From: an uncultured Acidobacteriota bacterium
GTDB taxonomy: Bacteria; Acidobacteriota; Terriglobia; UBA7540
Reading direction: 5' to 3'
Length of the DNA stretch: 64,000 bases
Assembly: GCA_963804995.1 (NCBI GenBank)
Contig: CAWDSK010000002.1
Coordinates: 672,001 to 736,000 of the forward strand
The notes beneath the pieces are model-generated. The model made no database searches, had not been told where the DNA came from, and saw only the letters and a program-made list of their open reading frames with translations. Of the stretch, positions 43,526 to 54,571 are shown one piece after another. Positions within the stretch are counted from its first letter, which is position 1; the number at the start of each line of letters is the position of its first letter. The translations under genes were made by a program, and so were the position numbers.

Positions 43526-43851
43526 GGGCTCGATCGCGCGGTGGTGCCCCAACCCCCGGCTAAAGTTTCTCCCTGCAAACGAGATATTAAGGATGGAGGG
43601 CGGGCCCGCTCCGGCCGGTCAAGGAAGAGATTCCTTAACTATGGCTGGAGTGAAGGGTGCCCGTTCCACTGGGTTTTGAACGATCGGCTGGCAAGGCTTG
43701 CGTGCTCAGCGAGGATGTCTCACTTTTAGAACTCCCCTCCTCAGATGAGGAGGGGTGGCGCGCTGAGCGACGGGGTGGTGTTGAACAGCGCTCAAGGAGC
43801 GGTTCGCGAACCGGCCCTACTTTAGTCTTGCATTTGGCGTGAGGTAAGGCT

Positions 43852-45637
43852 GTGTCCAGGCAAATGACCCAAGTCCGGAAGGTTTTGAAAGAAGGCATCA
43901 AGCACCGACCTGCGTGGCGCAGGGGGCCGCCGGAACGGAACCGGATTCTCAAGCCTGACCTGGACTGCGCCCCGGCGCCCCAGAGGCTAAGCGGGGCAGC
44001 TCTCGCAGCGGGCCAAGTTCAAAAATCCAGTCAGGAGTTGGGGGAGGCTCTCGCCCTCCATCCCGACGATCCCGAAACGTTGGGCAAGCTGGCGGAGTCG
44101 TGACTGGGCCAGGGTGAGCTTGAACAAGCTGCGGGTCATTTCCGGCGCCTGGAGGAATTGTGTCCCCAATCGGCGCGAGCGCATACCAGCCTCGCCCTGA
44201 CGGAGGAACGGCTGGGAAATTTGCGGGCCGCTGCCGATGCTTACCGGCAGGCGCTGGCTCTTGAACCTGGTTCTCCTGTGGCATACTGCCAACTGGCCAT
44301 TGTTCTACGCCAATTGGACGGTCTGCCTGAGGCGCTCAGGCTTGCGGAAGATGCCGTGGCCCTCGATCCCGCCCGCTTCGAAACCTACAACACCCTGGGC
44401 ATCGTGCTCACCGACATGAATAACCTGGTGGCGGCGAGTCAGGCTTTCCAGTGTTCTGTCGCACTTAAACCCGACTCCGCCCTGACCGCAGTCGACCTGG
44501 GATACTTCTTCGTCAAATGCGGAGAAATACCGGCCGCGGCAGACGCGTACCGTTGTGCGGTCAAGCTCGATCCCCTTCTGTTCGTCGCGCACCTTCGGCT
44601 GGGAACCGCCCTCACCCAATTGGGTGACCGGGCGGGGGCGTGGGAGTGTTACGAACGGGCGCGAGCCTTAAGCCCAACCTCCAGTGAGGTCATCACTTAC
44701 CTGGGACTCTTGCATTTGTCCGAGGGTAACTTCGCGAGGGGCTGGGACGAATTCGACCATCGCGAGAAGCGCCCGTCGCGCCCGGCGAAGGTTCCGCCAG
44801 CCCCAATGGAAGGGTGAGGCACTCGAAGGCGCTCGCATTTTCCTGCACGCCGAACAAGGTATGGGGGACGCCTTGCAGTGCGTTCGGTATGTTCCCCTGG
44901 TGGCGGCGCGGGGAGGGGAAGTCGTATTGGGGGTCCAGAGGAGGCTGCATCGCCTGCTGGCAGCAACTGAGGGGGCGCGGCAAGTCATCCGCGATAGCGA
45001 GCGACCCATGGAGTTTAGTTGGCACTGTCCCCTGCTCAGTCTGCCTCTGGCCTTCGCCACGGATTCGACCACCATCCCGGCCAGAATCCCCTAAATCCAT
45101 CCAGACGCCGCGCAGGTGGAGGCCTGGAGGCAACGGCTGCAAGGGAATTCGCTGCGCATCGGGCTGGCCTGGGGGGGCAACCCGAATTATCCTCATGATC
45201 TCTGGCGCTCCATGCGGCTAGAACAGCTCGCGCCGTTGACCCATCTGGAAGGTGCAGCCTTTTACTCGCTGCAGGTGGGGCCGGCGGCCGCGCAAGTGAA
45301 ACAGTTGGGAACTCAGGTGCATTTAATCGATCTCCAGGACGAACAGAAGGACTTTGCCGACACGGCGGCCATTGTCGCGAGTCTCGACCTGGTGATTTCT
45401 GTTGATACCTCGGTGGCCCATCTCGCCGGGGCCATGGGCAAGCCCGTCTGGATCCTGTTAAACAATTCGCCGGATTGGCGCTGGATGCTCGACCGCGAGG
45501 ATAGCCCCTGGTACCCCACGGCGCGCCTGTTTCGCCAATCCACGTTTGGGAATTGGCAGGATGTGGTGGCACGCGTTGAGCGGGAACTACGCGAGTTGGT
45601 GGTAAGAACCGGTGGCGCGGCACGCGACGGACCCTGA
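43852..45637 (+). pseudogene. TPR plus glycosyltransferase (GT9-like C-terminus) protein, disrupted
   Basis: TPR repeats, then W.GE.L.G..I.LHAEQGMGD..Q, RIGLAWGGNP, LDLVISVDTSVAHLAGAMGKPVW, DSPWYPT; in-frame TGA 44101, frameshift near 44770, in-frame TAA 45092. Confidence 0.8.
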
Positions 45638-45877
45638 AAGCATGAAACGCGCGGGCGGAGTAAATCACAGACCCGGCTGACTTCACTTTCCACCGTCATT
45701 AGAATGCACTAAAGCAGGCGGGAAATGCCGCCGGCCAACCGCGCCCGGGCGCGCCCATCTCTCATGGGTTTGCTCATTCCGGGCTTGGCAACGGAAGTCC
45801 TTCGGGTAATCTGACCTTAGAAATCACAAAGATTTTGTGGGGAGGCGGATATGTCTGCCCAAATGCCCGCTCGCGAC

Positions 45878-45904
45878 GAAAGTGTGCAGAAGATTTGCCG
45901 ATGT
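45878..45904 (+). promoter_or_regulatory. Sigma28-type promoter upstream of flbD-motA-motB
   Basis: GAAA-N15-GCCGATGT. Confidence 0.55.
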
Positions 45905-45973
45905 ATTAATGCGGGACAGCCTCGCCCGTCTAAACCAGTGAGGTGTGGGTGTGGCCCCAAGGACTCAGCCGTC

Positions 45974-46225
45974 ATGATCAAACTGACGCGACTCAACAAT
46001 CGGCCATTGGTCGTGAACTCGGAGTTGATCAAGTTCATCGAGAACGCGCCCGACACGGTCATCACACTGATTACCGGTGAAAAGCTGGTGGTCCTGGAAA
46101 CTGCCGAGGAAATAATGGACCAGATCGTCGAGTACCGTCGGCGAATCCTGGCGCCGCCTGCGAGCGTTCCGCCTCTGGAGGCTCCCCGCGAGCGACCGGA
46201 GAATCTGACTGAAGACGAGAAATAA
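45974..46225 (+). CDS. flbD: Flagellar FlbD (SwrD) family protein
   Basis: MIKLTRLN...VVNSELI..IE..PDTVITL..GEK..V.E; directly upstream of motA. Confidence 0.88.
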   Translation: MIKLTRLNNRPLVVNSELIKFIENAPDTVITLITGEKLVVLETAEEIMDQIVEYRRRILAPPASVPPLEAPRERPENLTEDEK

Positions 46226-46237
46226 GGGACGGGAGAC

Positions 46238-47017
46238 GTGGACAAGAGCAGCGTAGGAGGTGTGGTCCTCGCGATAGGAGGCATTCTCGCCGGCCTGCTG
46301 TTGGAAGGTGGGAAGCTGATGCAGATTATTCAGCCCACGGCCGCGATGATTGTCTTTGGGGGTACCATCGGCGCGGTCATGCTGCAGTTTCCTCTCCCCG
46401 TGGTGCTGGCCAGTTTCAAGCGCTTAGCCTCGGTCTTTCTCGATTCCCAAAAAGACGCGCAAAAGCTGGTTAAACAGATTGTGGGGTTTGCTGACAAGGC
46501 TCGCAAGGAGGGCATTGTCTCCCTGGACCGCGAACTCGTGAACATCCCCGAACCCTTCCTGCGCAAATCCCTGATGCTGGCGGTGGACGGCACCGAACCC
46601 CAGGAGTTACGCAAAATGATGGAGCTCGAACTCGACAACCAGGCCGACCACGAGGAGCGTATTCCCCAGGTTTTCGAGGCGGCGGGCGGCTTTTCTCCCA
46701 CTATTGGCATCCTCGGCGCCGTTCTTGGACTCATCCAGGTGATGCAACACCTGGACAACATTGATGAGGTAGGGAGGGGAATCGCCGTGGCGTTTGTCGC
46801 CACGATTTACGGCGTGGGCGCGGCGAACCTGTTCTTCCTACCCGCGGCGGGCAAACTGAAAATCCGTATCCGGAACGAACAACAGATGCGCGAGATGATG
46901 CTGGAAGGGATCATTTCCGTTCTGGAAGGCCTGAACCCGCGTATGGTCGAAACCAAGTTGCAGGGCTTTCTAGCCCACGCTCCCGGCGAGGAGAAGCCCC
47001 CGGAGCCCGCCTCATGA
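46238..47017 (+). CDS. motA: Flagellar stator protein MotA
   Basis: IVFGGT, ARKEGIVSL, SPTIGILGAVLGLI, AFVATIYG. Confidence 0.92.
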   Translation: MDKSSVGGVVLAIGGILAGLLLEGGKLMQIIQPTAAMIVFGGTIGAVMLQFPLPVVLASFKRLASVFLDSQKDAQKLVKQIVGFADKARKEGIVSLDRELVNIPEPFLRKSLMLAVDGTEPQELRKMMELELDNQADHEERIPQVFEAAGGFSPTIGILGAVLGLIQVMQHLDNIDEVGRGIAVAFVATIYGVGAANLFFLPAAGKLKIRIRNEQQMREMMLEGIISVLEGLNPRMVETKLQGFLAHAPGEEKPPEPAS

Positions 47018-47772
47018 GGCGAAAGAAAAAAGACGGCAGTCACGTCAGCCACGAACGTTGGCTGGTTTCCTACGCGGACTTCATCACCCTGATGTTTGCG
47101 TTCTTCGTAGTAATGTTTGCTTCCTCACAAGTGGACAAGCATAAGGCCGTAAAGCTAGCGGCGGCCATCGAGGATGCCTTCCAAGGGATGGGGATTTTCC
47201 AGACGGGAAATTCCCGGTCTCCCCTGGTCACCGCCGACCTCGCACCTGCGGAAAACGTACAAATCATCCCGCACAAAGAGTTGGCGGGTTTGAAAAAGCA
47301 GCTTGAAGGGGCCCTGGCGCCGGAACTAAAGCGTCACGAGGTGGCGCTGACCGCCGGACATGATGGTCTGATTATCAGCCTGCGTGAAATCGGATTCTTC
47401 GACAGCGGCTCGGCGCAGCTACGACCCACCTCCGAAGCCACAGTCCGGCGTATTGCGGAGGCCTTGGCAGCTCAGCCTAACAACATTCGCATTGAAGGCC
47501 ACACGGACAATGTTCCCATTCACAACGACCACTTCGCCTCCAATTGGGAACTCTCCACCGCCCGCGCTACGGAAATGGTCAAAGTCTTCATCACCCAGTA
47601 TAGCTTTCCTCCCGTGCGCCTTTCGGCGGGCGGATACGCGGAGTTCCATCCCGCGGCGACGAACAAGACGGATGAGGGGCGCGCCCTGAACAGGCGCGTG
47701 GACATCGTCGTGCTGGCTTCTGCCCCGGCACAGATTGCCGAAGACCCGCCGTCGGCTGTGTCAGCTCGTTGA
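47014..47772 (+). CDS. motB: Flagellar stator protein MotB
   Basis: ERWLVSYADFITLMFAFF, IEGHTDN, NWELSTARA, NRRVDI. Confidence 0.93.
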   Translation: MRRKKKDGSHVSHERWLVSYADFITLMFAFFVVMFASSQVDKHKAVKLAAAIEDAFQGMGIFQTGNSRSPLVTADLAPAENVQIIPHKELAGLKKQLEGALAPELKRHEVALTAGHDGLIISLREIGFFDSGSAQLRPTSEATVRRIAEALAAQPNNIRIEGHTDNVPIHNDHFASNWELSTARATEMVKVFITQYSFPPVRLSAGGYAEFHPAATNKTDEGRALNRRVDIVVLASAPAQIAEDPPSAVSAR

Positions 47773-47819
47773 GCCCGTCCTGGTTAGAGTCTCAGGCAAG
47801 GGGGGCGACACCTTTTTCC

Positions 47820-47847
47820 TCATGATGAGGAGGGTTGTGGCCGATAG
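47820..47847 (+). promoter_or_regulatory. Possible sigma28-type promoter upstream of the HDOD gene
   Basis: TCAT-N16-GCCGATAG. Confidence 0.4.
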
Positions 47848-47874
47848 GTTAAGGGAGGTTCAACTAGGCCTATC

Positions 47875-48768
47875 ATGACCCCTACTCTTCGAGAGCTGAT
47901 CCGCGAACGCGTGGAGAAGTTGAACTCCATCCCCACCGTTCCCGCCATCATTCGACCCCTCCTCCATTACCTCGAGCGGTCGGTCGATCAGATTGAAGTG
48001 CGCCGCATTGTGGACCTGGTTTCGTGCGACGAGTCGATTTCCGCACAGTGTCTGCGCGTGGCGAATTCGGCCCTGTTTTTCCGCTCCCGCGAGGTTAACT
48101 CCGTGCATGGCGCTGTCGTCGTGCTGGGGGTGCGGCAAATCCGCGAAATCCTGCTTTCCTGCAGTCTGCTCAATCTTTTGCCCAAGGACAGTTGGGTCAT
48201 CGAACCGCTGACCTTCTGGGAGCACTCGCTGGCTTGCGCGCTGGTGGGCCGCTATTGCGCACGCAAGGTTCGGTTCCGTGAGCCGGATCGCGCCTATCTG
48301 GCTGGACTGCTGCATGACCTCGGCGAGCTCGTGAACATGCTCTCGTTCCAGGAGGAGTTCCGGGCCGCGGCGCATCTGGCGCGCTCCGAAAAAATCCCTC
48401 TGCATAAGGCCGAGTATGCAGCTTTGGGTTTCACCCACTGCGACACGGGCAGAATCCTCGCCGACCATTGGCGGTTGCCCGAAGACATCACGGAAGTCGT
48501 GGAGCACCACCATGATGTTCAGCAGGCGAAGCTTCATCCCGTCCTGGTGGCGATCGTCGGCTTGAGTGATAGCCTCTGCGACCATAACGAGTTAGGTTAC
48601 TGTACGGAGGCGCCTTCCGACTGGAAACTGGAGAATGACCCAGCCTGGGCAATCCTGACCAGGGAATATCCCATGCTCGCTCAGACGGAGCCCGAGCGCT
48701 TCCTCTCCGACATGGAAGAGTTTATCGCTGAAGCCCGGAAACTCGTTCGCTCGATCCTGCGGAATTGA
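47875..48768 (+). CDS. HDOD domain protein
   Basis: LRVANS, FWEHSLACA, AGLLHDLG, GFTH..G..LA..W.LP, HH. Confidence 0.9.
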   Translation: MTPTLRELIRERVEKLNSIPTVPAIIRPLLHYLERSVDQIEVRRIVDLVSCDESISAQCLRVANSALFFRSREVNSVHGAVVVLGVRQIREILLSCSLLNLLPKDSWVIEPLTFWEHSLACALVGRYCARKVRFREPDRAYLAGLLHDLGELVNMLSFQEEFRAAAHLARSEKIPLHKAEYAALGFTHCDTGRILADHWRLPEDITEVVEHHHDVQQAKLHPVLVAIVGLSDSLCDHNELGYCTEAPSDWKLENDPAWAILTREYPMLAQTEPERFLSDMEEFIAEARKLVRSILRN

Positions 48769-49071
48769 CGCCCGCGCACCAGGCGGGACATCCCACCCCG
48801 CCGCAGACCATGAAAATGCTGGTAAGCAAATGCCGGGGCTGCCCCACCGGCGGCCACGCACCACCCTTATCGTGGCGGGGTTGATTAGAGGAACGAGAAG
48901 CGCAGATCGGCGTCTCCCTCTTCCTGGCCGTCCGGGAAACACCTGAGCTTACGATGGGAAATCTGACCCACGAAGGAGCAGGTCCAGCAAGGTAACCGCG
49001 TGGCTCGCCTTATGGCGCGAGGACCCTGCGGGGGAGGAATTGACCGGGTTAGGCTTCCAGGCCCTCGCCTT

Positions 49072-49431
49072 TTAGGCGCTGGTGGCTTTCTGGAAGCTGG
49101 CGATCGCTTTGGCCTCGTCGTCGTGGACGTCAAAAACCGTATAGAGCTTCGTGATCTGCAAGAGGTCGTGAACTTTCTTGGTCAGGTTCAGGAGCTTTAA
49201 GGATCCGCCTTGCTTTGCGACACCGGTGAAACCGCTGACCAACTCGCCGATCCCCGAACTGTCGATGTAAGTTACGTCGGCAAGGTTCAACAGAATATTC
49301 TTGTTGCCTTTGCTCAATTGGTCGCGGATCAACTCCCGCAATTGCGTACACCCTTCTCCCAGGGTGATCCTGCCGCTGACATCGACAACCGTCACTGAAT
49401 CAACTTGTCGAATTGTGGCTTTCATGCTCAC
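49072..49431 (-). CDS. STAS-domain anti-sigma factor antagonist
   Basis: LLNLADVTYIDSSGIGELV motif. Confidence 0.9.
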   Translation of the reverse strand: MSMKATIRQVDSVTVVDVSGRITLGEGCTQLRELIRDQLSKGNKNILLNLADVTYIDSSGIGELVSGFTGVAKQGGSLKLLNLTKKVHDLLQITKLYTVFDVHDDEAKAIASFQKATSA

Positions 49432-49885
49432 GGTCGGTTCCTCCTTGTTTTGACTGGATTCCGGAACTTAGGCGTTTGACCATGGTCACTTCGGTCCCCA
49501 AACCGTTGATGTGCTCCACGCGGAACTCGTCCATGAAGCTGCGGATCAAAAAGACCCCTCTCCCGGACACGTTCAGCAGGTTCTCCTGCGCCAGCGGATT
49601 GGGAACGTGGTTCGGATCAAAGCCGCTACCCTGGTCCCGGATGCGAATCTCCAAACGGTCGCGATGGATTTGAAACCGCAACCAGACGGTCTTGCTCGAA
49701 TCATTTTTATTGCCGTGCCAAATGGCGTTGATCATTGACTCGTGCACGGACATCTCGATGCGACGCTGTTCGTCCTCGTCGAATCCTGCCGTGCCCGCTA
49801 CCCGGCGAGAGATCTCCTCCGCCACCTCGACATTCTTGAGGTCACTCTCCAAGGTCACTTCCACGACGCTGCTTTCAGGAGTCAT
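49400..49885 (-). CDS. RsbW-like anti-sigma factor kinase (HATPase)
   Basis: ESMINAIWHGN, IRDQGSGFD, SGRGVFLIRSFMDE; adjacent to the STAS gene. Confidence 0.9.
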   Translation of the reverse strand: MTPESSVVEVTLESDLKNVEVAEEISRRVAGTAGFDEDEQRRIEMSVHESMINAIWHGNKNDSSKTVWLRFQIHRDRLEIRIRDQGSGFDPNHVPNPLAQENLLNVSGRGVFLIRSFMDEFRVEHINGLGTEVTMVKRLSSGIQSKQGGTDREHESHNSTS

Positions 49886-50316
49886 AGGGTACGGGAAGGG
49901 CCACCTGGCCCATTTGTGAAATTAACCCAGGGGTGTGGGAAAGTCAATGATCGCGTGGACTTTCTCACTACCTCTTCCCCCCATTTCTCATTCTCCATTT
50001 CTTCCCACAGTGCTGATTAATGGTTCAGAGCCTCGCCGCGGGCCTTTCCAGCCGCGAGGGCGCTGGAGTAGCACAACCTCCATCACCAGGATCCAAGCCG
50101 CCTGGTTCACTAACGGGCGAAGAGAATAATCGAAGCCCCTCACGGCGTCAATGAATTACCAGAGGTGTGAACCGGAGTGCCTTGACCCTCCGACGAATCC
50201 CACTGGACCCAGACGCGATTTCGGTACAATGGGGCCGGCAACCCGTAGGCTGTGACGCACCCGGTAGTGCGTCGCGGCGCCCTGCCGGCCGGGGCCTGAA
50301 AGGAGATAGAAGTCGC

Positions 50317-51075
50317 ATGTTCCTGATGAAAAAGATTGTCTCTCGCTTCCTCTTCCCCCTTCCATTTTCTTTAGAGGTCATATGTGTGGGGTTATATCTA
50401 GTCTGGTTTACGCGTAAGCAGCGGGCCGGAAAAATCGTGATCACTTTCGGAGTCCTGCTGCTCACGGCGCTGAGTTACCGCTTCACCTCGGATGGGCTCG
50501 TGCGCGTGCTGGAGCGGCGCTACCCGGCCTATATCGTAGCGTCACGCGCCGAGATCCCCACCTCTACCGCACCTTTCATCGCGGTGTTGGGAGGACATGC
50601 GAACCTTGACCCGGCAGTTCCTGTCACCAGCCACATTTCCTCCTCCCTGCTGGCCCGCTTGGCGGAAGGGATACGCCTTTACCACCAAACTCCCGGCAGC
50701 AAACTCATCCTTTCCGGGTATTCCGGGTCGGCGGAAGGCATGTCAAGCATCGCCCAGGCACTCGGCGTCAACCCGCAGGACATTCTGCTGACGCCCGAGC
50801 CGCGTGACACCGAGGAAGAGGCACGCCGGATTAGTAGCCTCGCCGGAAAAGCGCCCCTTATCCTGGTCACGTCCGCCATCCACATGCCGCGCGCCATGGG
50901 ACTGTTTAGAAAACTGGGCGTCGAGCCGCAGCCCGCCCCTGCTGACTATCTTGCCCCTCAGTATCCACTGGAGACCGACAACCTCTTTCCCAATGCCGCG
51001 CAGCTTAACAAGTCGCAAATCGCCATCTACGAGATCCTGGGCTTGGCCTGGGGGAAATTGCGGGGAAAGATTTGA
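50317..51075 (+). CDS. YdcF/ElyC (DUF218) family membrane protein
   Basis: AVLGG, RLAEGIRL, LILSG, RDTEEEA, LVTSAIHMPRA, YEILG. Confidence 0.85.
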   Translation: MFLMKKIVSRFLFPLPFSLEVICVGLYLVWFTRKQRAGKIVITFGVLLLTALSYRFTSDGLVRVLERRYPAYIVASRAEIPTSTAPFIAVLGGHANLDPAVPVTSHISSSLLARLAEGIRLYHQTPGSKLILSGYSGSAEGMSSIAQALGVNPQDILLTPEPRDTEEEARRISSLAGKAPLILVTSAIHMPRAMGLFRKLGVEPQPAPADYLAPQYPLETDNLFPNAAQLNKSQIAIYEILGLAWGKLRGKI

Positions 51076-51139
51076 GCCAAGATCGCACAAGCCTGCGAGT
51101 CGCCCCGCGAAATGAAAATGCGCCGGGGCTTTCCTCTCT

Positions 51140-51790
51140 TTGACAAGGAGAGCGTGGGCGGTCGGGGCAGCGACAACCGCTAAGAGTTTGGCGGGCGCGC
51201 TATCAGTTACCGTCGGCCCGCGAGCCGTGCCGTCGCATGATGGAGCGCCAAAACCCGGCGCTGTGGATCTATTTTTGCTCACTTCCCTGCCTTCCTCTGC
51301 CGATAAACGATGCGGAGGAGTGTGGGCGGCCGGGGTGGTGATGACCACTGAGAGTTGCACAGTCGCGCTGTCATTTGCCGTGGGCCCGGGGGCCGTGCCG
51401 TTGAATGATGGTGCTCCAGGATCCGTCACGGCGGGACAATCTTTACTCACTTCGTTGCCTCCCTCCGCCGATAGACGATGTAGGGGAGTGTGGGCCGCCG
51501 GCGCAGGAGATTCAGGGATTCCTCGGAGATCAGGCGCGCAATCGTTTGTCGTCGCAAAAACGGTTAGCACTGCGTCAAGTTCTGTTGTGGTGTGACCATT
51601 TTTACTCACTTCGCTGTCTCCATCTGCCGATAAACGATGCGGGGGAGTGTGGGCCGCCGGCGCAGGAAAATCAGTGCGAGTTCGGAGATCGGGCGGATGG
51701 CCGCTTGGCGTCATGACTGCGGCCAGATCTGCGTCAATACCTGGCGCTGTGAAGCCATTTTTTCTCACTTCCCTGCTTGCCCCCATCGAC
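51140..51790. repeat. Tandem repeats of 159/159/168 bp at the tail of module copy C
   Basis: CTCACTT anchors at 51278, 51446, 51605 and 51764; the minus strand reads PAAHTP.HRLSA..EVSK repeatedly. Confidence 0.85.
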
Positions 51791-51860
51791 CCCTTCCGTG
51801 GTAAAAGATAACTGCTAACCACCTTTTTTCATCAACATAATGGGTTAGCGACACTAACTA

Positions 51861-53018
51861 GTGTCCTGAGTCAGAAGTTCGCTCAATAAATGGCAGTTCC
51901 CGTGCATTGGGTTTATAACCAGGAGGAATCCAATGCCACGAGGACGCCCTATACCGAAATTGAGTTTGAGCTTGGAAGAGCGCGAAACCTTGCAGCGCTG
52001 GGCACGGCGGCCGAAAACGGCGCAAGCGCTGGCGTTGCGCGCGCGCATTGTACTGGCCTGCGCGGAGGACCAAAGCAATACCGAAGTGAGCCTTGCCCTG
52101 CGGTTGTGTCAGCGAACCGTGGGCAAGTGGCGAGGCCGATTCGTCGCCCAGCGTCTGGAGGGGCTGCTGGACGAACCCCGCCCCGGAGCACCGCGCCAGA
52201 TCCACGACGCGCAGGTGGAACAGGTATTGACCATGACGCTGGAATCGATGCCGTCGAACGCGACCCACTGGAGCACCCGACTGATGGCCCGGCGTTGCGG
52301 GATGAGCCAGAGTGCGGTCAGCCGCATCTGGCGGGCCTTTGCCTTGCAACCCCATCGCAGCGAAACCTTCAAACTGTCGCGCGACCCGCTGTTTATCGAG
52401 AAGGTGCGGGATATCGTGGGACTCTATCTGAACCCGCCCGAACGGGCCTTGGTGCTCTGCGTGGATGAAAAGGCCCAGATCCAAGCCTTGGACCGAACCC
52501 AACCTTTGCTCCCCCTGCGACCCGGGCAGATCGAGCGGCGAACGCACGATTACGAGCGCCATGGCACCACCTCGCTGTTTGCCGCTCTGGAGATGGCCAG
52601 TGGCCAAGTCATCGGCGAGTGCCATCGTCGGCATCGCGCCATCGAGTTTCGCCAGTTTCTGGACACGGTCGATGCCGCCACGCCCGCCCAATTGGACGTG
52701 CACCTGATTCTGGATAACTATGGCACGCACAAGACGCCCTCGATTCGACGCTGGCTGGTGCGCCATCCTCGCTACCATTGGCACTTTACTCCCACCGGGT
52801 CGTCCTGGATCAACTTGGTCGAGCGCTGGTTCGCGACCCTGACCGAACGACAACTCCGGCGCGGAGTACACCGCAGCACCCAAGAACTGGAAGCGACCTT
52901 GCGGCACTACGTGGAAACTTATAACCAAGACCCTAAACCTTTCATTTGGACCAAAACGGCTGACCAAATTCTTGAAGCCGTGGCCCGATTTTGTAAGCGA
53001 ACTTCTGACTCAGGACAC
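51861..53018 (+). mobile_element. IS630-family insertion sequence
   Basis: Perfect 23-bp terminal inverted repeats GTGTCCTGAGTCAGAAGTTCGCT; TA duplication at 51859-51860 and 53019-53020 within CTAG. Confidence 0.95.
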
Positions 53019-53021
53019 TAG
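51933..53021 (+). CDS. IS630-family transposase
   Basis: HTH region, [28 protein letters not shown]; stop codon supplied by the target TAG. Confidence 0.95.
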   Translation: MPRGRPIPKLSLSLEERETLQRWARRPKTAQALALRARIVLACAEDQSNTEVSLALRLCQRTVGKWRGRFVAQRLEGLLDEPRPGAPRQIHDAQVEQVLTMTLESMPSNATHWSTRLMARRCGMSQSAVSRIWRAFALQPHRSETFKLSRDPLFIEKVRDIVGLYLNPPERALVLCVDEKAQIQALDRTQPLLPLRPGQIERRTHDYERHGTTSLFAALEMASGQVIGECHRRHRAIEFRQFLDTVDAATPAQLDVHLILDNYGTHKTPSIRRWLVRHPRYHWHFTPTGSSWINLVERWFATLTERQLRRGVHRSTQELEATLRHYVETYNQDPKPFIWTKTADQILEAVARFCKRTSDSGH

Positions 53022-53243
53022 CTTATTTTTCAGTAATATAATGGGTTCAATGGAGACTGAAATATTTTCTACATGTGTTTTCAACAACATAATGGGTTCA
53101 ACCTTCATTTTTAATTCCCCCTTTTCTGCTGCACCCACTCCGTCAGATTCAACTAAGTTATTTAATTTCAGACACATAGACGTTTGGACATTTCTGCCAT
53201 CCCACCCTTAAGTTCCTTTGTTTTCTAGTATATATTGGGTTAG
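53021..53243 (-). repeat. AT-rich repeat array of module copy C (last unit at about 51815-51857, beyond the IS)
   Basis: AACCCATTAT(G/A)TT..TGAAAA units on the minus strand, collinear with copies A and B. Confidence 0.85.
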
Positions 53244-54312
53244 AAGGTCCTCTTCGCTCGCTTCCACTGCTTCCCTTTTGCCCTCTTGGCGTTTGATTTT
53301 CAGCAGCAGATTGGTGAGTCGGCGCACTTCTCGCAGGTTGGCATCTTGCATGCGCCGCATCAGCAAGCCATCCGCGTGGCTGGGCGCGACTTCCGCCGCG
53401 CGTTCGTAGGGCGAGGGCCCCGCCCAGCGACTGCTTCAGCAGGGCCTTGCGTTGCGTCTCACAACCCTCCGCCTGCCGGCTCAGGATATTCCTCAGGAGC
53501 TTGCGCGCCCGCTCCCGTGCCTTCCAGTCGTCCTTCGTGATCTTGGGGTACCGATCATCCTTTTCCGTATCTTCTCCCTCTTCATCATCGGGAAGTCCAT
53601 CGATCTCTTCGGAGCCTTCGGGCCGGAGCACTATGCGCTCTCCGGAGGGGGTTAGCATAGAGACCGGCGAATCTATCGTCTCCAGTCCGAAGATTGACCG
53701 GAAGCTGTTGATGGCGCCGCGATACCTCTCCTCTTGGGAAACTCCCGCCTTGTCCGCGCCAGGGTCCCGCAGTTGGTAGAAGAGGTCCAGGGCAATCTCA
53801 CCCATTTCGGCCGCTACCCCGTCCTGCTGCAGTTTTTTCATGACTTCCAGGTCTTCGCAGGTGGTGACGTAATGCCAGCAGGCCACCGAGCGGGCCAGCG
53901 AGCGCAGCATTTCCACCGTCATCTTGAGGCGCATCATCCGCGCGTGCAGCCGGTTGGGACGTCCCTGGTCGGCGTTCTGGGCACGGCGTAGCGCGTCGCC
54001 CTCCTGGGAGCGATCGGCACGGTCCATCAGCCACAGGACCCGCGCCAGACGGATCACCAGTTTTTCCTGCAAGGCACCTTGGGGAGTGAATTCCTCGCGG
54101 AGTCCAGAGAGCAGTTCCTCAAAGTGTGCCGGGTCCTCCCCTAAACCGCACAAAGCCACCTCCTGCGCCCGGGCATAGAAGCCATGACGCAGGCGCGCGG
54201 CGCCAGCGCGCTCCTTCCCCTCCACGGTCGCCGGGCCTTGGGATTGATTCCCGTTGAGCCGATTGGCGGCCAGTTTCTTGTCCGACAGTTTATGTTTCTT
54301 AACTAGAGACAT
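53208..54312 (-). CDS. Uncharacterised module ORF, copy C (about 367 aa), apparent 1-nt frameshift near 53425
   Basis: MSLVKKHKLSDKKLAANRLN..SQGPATVEGKER...RHGFYA; after one extra G it continues GPSPYERAAEVAP...LLLKIKR...ILENKGT*; homologous to copy B. Confidence 0.8.
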
Positions 54313-54551
54313 GGAAAACCTCCAAGAGCAAAAACGCGTTCAGCCATCAGCCGTCAGCTTTCAGCTTACTGCCTAATGCCGATTCCGACTTGTCAGGACT
54401 CGCAAAGGGGTCTCGCTGCCTGCTGCTTTCTGCCTACTGCCTTCTGTTTCTCCCCAGGCCCCAAGCACCTAGCACCTGGCACTCAGCGCCGGGCACTTCA
54501 CATTAAGATTAACATTTATCGTAGGGGTAATTGCAATGAGAAGATTTACGC

Positions 54552-54571
54552 TTGGGCTACCGGTAGCCCAA
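54552..54571. repeat. Palindrome at the 5' edge of module copy C
   Basis: TTGGGCTACC|GGTAGCCCAA with TACG/CGTA flanks; homolog of 28566-28601. Confidence 0.85.

Noticed and set aside
44101..44103. Selenocysteine or readthrough at the in-frame TGA
   Set aside because: TPR context, and the same gene has a TAA stop and a frameshift.
51858..52967. 369-aa minus-strand ORF
   Set aside because: Antisense to the IS630 transposase.
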